Below are positions 59,661 to 64,000 of a stretch of 64,000 nucleotides of DNA, in pieces. The stretch comes from Bacteroidota bacterium (GTDB lineage: Bacteria > Bacteroidota > Bacteroidia > Flavobacteriales > Schleiferiaceae). The notes beneath the pieces were generated by a model. It had not been told where the DNA came from. It saw nothing but the letters and a program-made list of their open reading frames with translations, and made no database searches. The stretch spans positions 19,185 through 83,184 of the forward strand of contig JBEBBW010000002.1 of NCBI GenBank assembly GCA_041158165.1, given 5' to 3'. The stretch's first letter is position 1, and each line of letters begins with the position of its first letter. Both the position numbers and the translations under genes were made by a program.

Positions 59661-59668
59661 TACCTTTG
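59661..59668 (+). promoter_or_regulatory. -7 box TACCTTTG, 32 nt upstream of the gap ATG
   Basis: Perfect TAnnTTTG match, embedded in the near-palindrome caaagtacctttg. Confidence 0.55.
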
Positions 59669-59700
59669 CGCCACAACCCCAACCTTAAAACCAACCCTTG

Positions 59701-61152
59701 ATGAATCCGACCGCGAACGCCTACCCGACGTCCGTTCAGGCGCGCATTGCGCTTGAAAAATCGGCCACCGACCTGCTCAAAATCACCAACGACCTCTACT
59801 ACGACCGTAACGTCGAAGTCGTACTTTTTCGGCAGTCCCTCCTCGACCAGCGCGCCTCTGAAGTACTTCACGCCCACGAACATGCCATGGTCATGGCCGA
59901 GGAACGCATCACGGTAGACGACAGCTTAGGCATGGCCCAAGCCATTTATGAATTCGGTGTACAGAACGCCTCACTGGACCTAGGACGGCTTGCCACCGAA
60001 TGGCGCCGCGAAGCCGCCGCGTTTTTAACCCGCAAGGCATTCTTGCAGGCCAAGCTCGTGGACTTCAGCCAAAAGGCGAACCCCGCGGCCGCCCCGGTAG
60101 ATGTCGTTTTGTATGGATTTGGCCGCATCGGTCGATTGGTTGCGCGCGAGCTCATTGCCCAAGAGGGACGGGGCGAACAGCTTCGGTTGCGCGCTATTGT
60201 GGTGCGCGGCAGCGGCGCTGAAGACGTTGAAAAGCGCGCCTCCCTCCTGCGCGTCGACTCGATTCACGGCCCGTTCCCCGGTACCGTTACCGCCGACTCC
60301 GCCAATAATTCCCTTATCGTGAACGGCCGGCCCGTGCAGCTCATCAATGCCGCCAAGCCCGAGGACATCGACTACACCCAATACGGTTTGACCAACGTGC
60401 TGGTGGTAGACAACACGGGCGCATTCCGCGACCGCGAAGCATTGGCCCGCCACCTCACGTCGAAAGGCTGCACCAAGGTTCTTCTCACGGCCCCGGGCAA
60501 AGGCATTCCGAACATCGTATTTGGCGTCAACCACAATCAAAACTGGGGCGACGAGCGCATTTTCTCGGCTGCGTCGTGCACGACCAATGCCATCGTGCCC
60601 GTGCTCAAGGTGATGCAAGACCAGTACGGGATCGAGCAGGGCCACATCGAGACGATTCACGCCTACACGAACGACCAGAACCTGGTAGACAACATGCACC
60701 CGAAGTACCGCCGTGGCCGCGCCGCTGCCGTCAACATGGTGATCACCGAGACGGGGGCCGGAAGCGCCATCGACAAGGCCATTCCGGGCTTGGGAGCAAA
60801 GTTCACGAGCAATGCGATTCGCGTTCCCGTTCCCAACGGCTCGCTAGCCATTTTGAAACTCAATTTGTCGAAGGGTACGGACCGCAATGCGCTCAACGCT
60901 GCACTGAAATCGGCGGCCTACCGCGGTCCGCTCGTGGAACAAATTAAGTACTCCACCAGCCCCGAGCTGGTTTCAAGCGACATCGTCGGCGACTCCTGCT
61001 GCTCGATTGTAGACAGTGAGGCGACCTTGATGCATGCCGACGGCCGCAACGCGGTGCTGTACGTGTGGTACGACAACGAGTACGGCTACACGCGCCAGGT
61101 GATGCGCTTAGCCAAGCACATCGCGGGCGTGAGCCGCAAGGCGTACCACTAG
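59701..61152 (+). CDS. gap: glyceraldehyde-3-phosphate dehydrogenase, long (~480 aa) form with N-terminal extension
   Basis: The Rossmann motif VVLYGFGRIGR begins only at about aa 135. The catalytic motif SCTTNA is present. I used ATG 59701; the track starts at the TTG at 59698. A TACCTTTG -7 box lies 32 nt upstream. Confidence 0.9.
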   Translation: MNPTANAYPTSVQARIALEKSATDLLKITNDLYYDRNVEVVLFRQSLLDQRASEVLHAHEHAMVMAEERITVDDSLGMAQAIYEFGVQNASLDLGRLATEWRREAAAFLTRKAFLQAKLVDFSQKANPAAAPVDVVLYGFGRIGRLVARELIAQEGRGEQLRLRAIVVRGSGAEDVEKRASLLRVDSIHGPFPGTVTADSANNSLIVNGRPVQLINAAKPEDIDYTQYGLTNVLVVDNTGAFRDREALARHLTSKGCTKVLLTAPGKGIPNIVFGVNHNQNWGDERIFSAASCTTNAIVPVLKVMQDQYGIEQGHIETIHAYTNDQNLVDNMHPKYRRGRAAAVNMVITETGAGSAIDKAIPGLGAKFTSNAIRVPVPNGSLAILKLNLSKGTDRNALNAALKSAAYRGPLVEQIKYSTSPELVSSDIVGDSCCSIVDSEATLMHADGRNAVLYVWYDNEYGYTRQVMRLAKHIAGVSRKAYH

Positions 61153-61170
61153 CTAGTTACTAGTAACTAG
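61153..61170. repeat. perfect 18-bp palindrome CTAGTTACTAGTAACTAG
   Basis: Self-complementary over all 18 nt. It has three CTAG tetramers and stop codons in all three frames on both strands. It starts 1 nt after the gap stop codon and overlaps the tcdA -7 box. Confidence 0.8.
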
Positions 61171-61175
61171 TTTTG
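61168..61175 (+). promoter_or_regulatory. -7 box TAGTTTTG, 5 nt upstream of the tcdA ATG
   Basis: Perfect TAnnTTTG match. Its first three bases are the right end of the 18-bp CTAG palindrome. Confidence 0.45.
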
Positions 61176-61180
61176 CGGCG

Positions 61181-61906
61181 ATGATTCCGCACTGGCTTGA
61201 GCGTACCGAACTCCTGGTTGGGCCCGAGGCCCTATCGCGCGTGCTCGGGGCCCACGTTTTGGTCGTGGGCCTCGGGGGCGTGGGCAGCTTTGCCGTGGAA
61301 TTCTTAGCGCGGGCCGGCGTGGGCAAATTGACGATTGTGGACGGCGACGTGGTGGATCCCACGAACCGCAACCGACAGCTCCAGGCACTGAGCAGCACCC
61401 ACGGCCAGAAAAAGGCCTGGTTGATTCGGGACCGCATCCTCGATATTAATCCCGAGTGCGAGGTAGTGGCCATTGATACGTTTTTGGACCCCGAGGCGAT
61501 GCGGGCGCTCATGCGCTCCGCAAACGTGGATTATGCGCTCGACTGCATCGACAGCGTTCAGCCCAAGCTGAATTTCATCGCAACGGCGTTGAGCGAGGGG
61601 ATTCCGTTCATCAGCTCTATGGGGGCTGGCGGACGCCTGGACCCCAGCAAAATCGAGATTGCGCGACTTGAGGAAAGCCGCAACTGCCCGTTTGCCAAGC
61701 ACGTGCGCAAGCGCTTAGCCAAGGAATACGGCATTCGCGGCGGGTTTCACGTGGTCTTCAGCAGCGAGCACGCCAACAAAGACAGCGTGCGGCTCACCGA
61801 CGGTAGCAACTTCAAAAAGTCATTTTACGGTACCAGCGCCTGGATACCCGCAGCATTTGGACTGCATGCCGCGAGCTTCGCGGTACGGCAGTTAATGAAC
61901 CCGTAA
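61181..61906 (+). CDS. tcdA: tRNA threonylcarbamoyladenosine dehydratase (ThiF/TcdA family)
   Basis: 241 aa. It has VLVVGLGGVGSFAVEFLARAGVGKLTIVDGD (ThiF-type Rossmann fold), and the size and C-terminal half fit TcdA/CsdL. Confidence 0.85.
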   Translation: MIPHWLERTELLVGPEALSRVLGAHVLVVGLGGVGSFAVEFLARAGVGKLTIVDGDVVDPTNRNRQLQALSSTHGQKKAWLIRDRILDINPECEVVAIDTFLDPEAMRALMRSANVDYALDCIDSVQPKLNFIATALSEGIPFISSMGAGGRLDPSKIEIARLEESRNCPFAKHVRKRLAKEYGIRGGFHVVFSSEHANKDSVRLTDGSNFKKSFYGTSAWIPAAFGLHAASFAVRQLMNP

Positions 61907-61927
61907 CTAGTTACTAGCGACTAGTTA
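61904..61927. repeat. imperfect 24-bp palindrome TAACTAGTTACTAGCGACTAGTTA (related to 61153-61170)
   Basis: It shares CTAGTTACTAG-NN-ACTAGTT (18 of 20 nt) with the first copy. It spans the tcdA stop (TAA) and the Lrp-family gene stop (TAG on the minus strand). Confidence 0.75.
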
Positions 61928-62406
61928 TCGTTGAGGTGCAAAATTTGGGTCAGCAGCGCCTTGGAGCTGTTGATGGGCTCCTCGAGCGCAATCATGGTTT
62001 CGGTATTGGAAACTCCGGGGATGTCGCTGATCTTAAAGATGATTTCCTTGGCGTGCTTGGTGTCTTGGCACCGGATTTTGGCAAAAATTCCGAATCGTCC
62101 TGTGGCGATGTGGGCCACTGTAACCTCGGGAATGGCCTTGAGCTCATCGATCACCTCGTGGGTGGCCGACGTCTTGCTCAGGTACACCCCGACGAATGCA
62201 ATAAACCCATACCCCAACTGTTCGTAGTCGACCTGAAGGCTAGCCCCCTTGATGATGCCGGCCTTTTCAAGCTTCTTCACGCGGACGTGAATGGTTCCTG
62301 GGCTAACCCCCAGTTCTTTGGCGATGTCGGTGTAGGTCTTGCGGGCGTCCTCGAGCAGGTGGCGCAGGATTTCGCGGTCGACGTTGTCGAGCTTCAGTGC
62401 AGTCAT
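61921..62406 (-). CDS. Lrp/AsnC family transcriptional regulator
   Basis: 161 aa. LDNVDREILRHLLEDARKTYTDIAKELGVSPGTIHVRVKKLEKAGII is the HTH_AsnC motif, followed by a RAM-like C-terminal domain. Confidence 0.92.
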   Translation of the reverse strand: MTALKLDNVDREILRHLLEDARKTYTDIAKELGVSPGTIHVRVKKLEKAGIIKGASLQVDYEQLGYGFIAFVGVYLSKTSATHEVIDELKAIPEVTVAHIATGRFGIFAKIRCQDTKHAKEIIFKISDIPGVSNTETMIALEEPINSSKALLTQILHLNDN

Positions 62407-62412
62407 TTCAGC

Positions 62413-63507
62413 TTAGGCTTTATAGAACGGGAGCGTAACCACTTCAGCCTTCAGAGCCTTGCCGCGGACCTCAACCCACACGGTGCTGCCCGGTGCCGCC
62501 GAAGCCGTGGGTACATAGGCCAGGCCGATGGCTTCGTTGATCGAAGGAGACATGGTTCCGCTCGTCACCACGCCAACCGCCGCACCTGACGCGTCCACAA
62601 CAGGATAACCGTGGCGCGGCACGCCGCGGTCCAGCAACTTGATGCCCACGAGCTTGCGGGCTACGCCCTGCTCCTTTTGGGCCTTCAGCGCCATAGAGTT
62701 GGTGAATTCCTTGGTAAACTTGGTGATCCAACCTAAGCCGGCTTCAATGGGCGACGTTTCGTCGTCGATGTCGTTGCCGTAGAGGCAAAAGCCCATTTCG
62801 AGGCGCAGGGTGTCGCGCGCACCCAGGCCGATGGGCTCCAGTCCAAACGCTGCTCCAGCCTTCATAATGGCTTCCCATGCGGCGGCGGCATGGGCGTTGG
62901 GAAGGTAGATTTCAAATCCGCCTGCGCCAGTGTAGCCGGTGGCACTCACCAGAATGTTGGAGGCGCCAGCGAAGGAACCGATGCCAAAGGTGTAATAGGT
63001 CATGGCCGACAGATCCAAGTTGGTCAGTGACTGTAGCGCTTGAGCGGCCAACGGTCCTTGCACCGCCAACAAGGCAGTACCTTCGGAAGCGTCGCTCATA
63101 GCCACGTCGAACTTCGGTGCAAACTGCTGAAGCCAAGCCCAGTCCTTGGCCATGTTGCTGGCGTTCACGACGAGCATGTACTTGGTTTCGGTTACACAGT
63201 ACACCAGTAAATCGTCCACGATACCGCCCGTAGCGTTGGGCAAGCAGCTGTACTGAATCTTGCCCGGCGTCAATTTGGCCACATCGTTGCTGGTGACCGA
63301 ATTGAGGAATTCCATTGCGCCAGCGCCTTCCACCCAAAATTCGCCCATGTGGGACACGTCAAACATGCCCACTTTGCTGCGCACTACATGGTGCTCGTGG
63401 CTAACCCCAGCGTACTGAACGGGCATTTCGTAGCCCGCAAAAGGTACCATTTTGGCGCCGAGCGCCACATGCTGGTCAAATAAGGGAGTTTTCTTCAATA
63501 GTTCCAT
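62413..63507 (-). CDS. gcvT: glycine cleavage system aminomethyltransferase T
   Basis: I trimmed the start to MELLKKTPLFDQHVALGAKMVPFAGYEMPVQY, which is a canonical GcvT N-terminus. Confidence 0.93.
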   Translation of the reverse strand: MELLKKTPLFDQHVALGAKMVPFAGYEMPVQYAGVSHEHHVVRSKVGMFDVSHMGEFWVEGAGAMEFLNSVTSNDVAKLTPGKIQYSCLPNATGGIVDDLLVYCVTETKYMLVVNASNMAKDWAWLQQFAPKFDVAMSDASEGTALLAVQGPLAAQALQSLTNLDLSAMTYYTFGIGSFAGASNILVSATGYTGAGGFEIYLPNAHAAAAWEAIMKAGAAFGLEPIGLGARDTLRLEMGFCLYGNDIDDETSPIEAGLGWITKFTKEFTNSMALKAQKEQGVARKLVGIKLLDRGVPRHGYPVVDASGAAVGVVTSGTMSPSINEAIGLAYVPTASAAPGSTVWVEVRGKALKAEVVTLPFYKA

Positions 63508-63520
63508 AATCAAGGGAGGG

Positions 63521-64000
63521 TTATCCGTGAACGCGTTCCGGGTTGGTAAAGGTTGCGACGACGCTGGCTTCAAAGGCGAGCAGCTCCTTCCAGAGCCGAT
63601 CGACCTCTTCGCGGTTACCGTAGCGACGGGCGAACGTCAAAAACATCGTGTAGTGGTTGGCCTCTGAGGCCATGAGGCGCCCATAAAACTGGGCTAATTC
63701 GGTGTCGCGAATCGATTCGCTCAGCACCCTAAAGCGCTCGCAGCTGCGGGCTTCGATCAGCGCCGCAATCAAGAGCCGGTGCACGAGGCGCACCATTCGG
63801 TTGCCGTGGGGCGCAAAAAATTTCGTCACGGCCGCCACGTATTCGTCTTTGCGCTCGCGTCCAAGGGTGAGTCCGCGCTCCAAAATGCGTTTGTGCACCA
63901 TTTCAAAGTGGCTCATTTCTTCGCGAGCGAGTGCCGCCATTTCGGTAACCAACTCGCTGAGCTCGGGGTAGGTAATCATGAGCGAAATCGCCGTAGACGC
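63521..64000 (-). CDS. miaE: tRNA-(ms2io6A)-hydroxylase MiaE, probably 5'-truncated by the window end
   Basis: Ferritin-like diiron motifs are present: REEMSHFE, IEARSCERF and ASEANHY. The frame stays open from ATG 63977-63979 to position 64000, so the true start may lie outside the window. Confidence 0.8.
   Translation of the reverse strand, partial: ASTAISLMITYPELSELVTEMAALAREEMSHFEMVHKRILERGLTLGRERKDEYVAAVTKFFAPHGNRMVRLVHRLLIAALIEARSCERFRVLSESIRDTELAQFYGRLMASEANHYTMFLTFARRYGNREEVDRLWKELLAFEASVVATFTNPERVHG

Overview
The window is very gene-dense. My gene model has about 48 protein genes and leaves only about 1.56 kb (roughly 2.4%) intergenic. By eye I found no rRNA, tRNA, CRISPR array, transposase or integrase.

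The content points to a high-GC Bacteroidota genome, probably Flavobacteriia-like. Evidence: four very large secreted proteins with T9SS C-terminal sorting domains, a GldI-like FKBP lipoprotein, TAnnTTTG '-7' promoter boxes, and no Shine-Dalgarno sequences. Three of the four large proteins are built from MAM-type modules (one is also an S8 subtilase); the fourth is an SBBP/PKD protein with a type-B sorting domain. Together they take up 16.8 kb, about 26% of the window.

The rest is mostly core housekeeping in tightly coupled operons: glmM, aroE, uvrB, ndk, recF, ribH, pgm, recR, a 2-oxoacid dehydrogenase E2, clpB, mltG, dapF, htrA, gap, tcdA, gcvT and miaE.

I do not see an obvious new multi-gene system. 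There are no defence-island or mobile-element hallmarks. The most unusual things I can support from the sequence are:
1. An orphan 422-aa protein convergent with an AlbA_2/Schlafen-type protein, bracketed by three 17-bp 6-N5-6 palindromes. Two of them share identical GGTACA/TGTACC arms.
2. A recurrent '-7 box, 4-5 nt, start codon' arrangement at about 16 genes, which implies widespread leaderless or near-leaderless mRNAs.
3. CTAG-rich palindromes with stops in all frames flanking tcdA, with a related copy after uvrB.
4. A 33-codon upstream ORF coupled to the nitroreductase gene by an ATGA overlap.
5. A GGAA(N)TTCCGAAC motif upstream of both phosphohexomutase genes.

All product calls come from motif recognition in the supplied translations. 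No database search was run.
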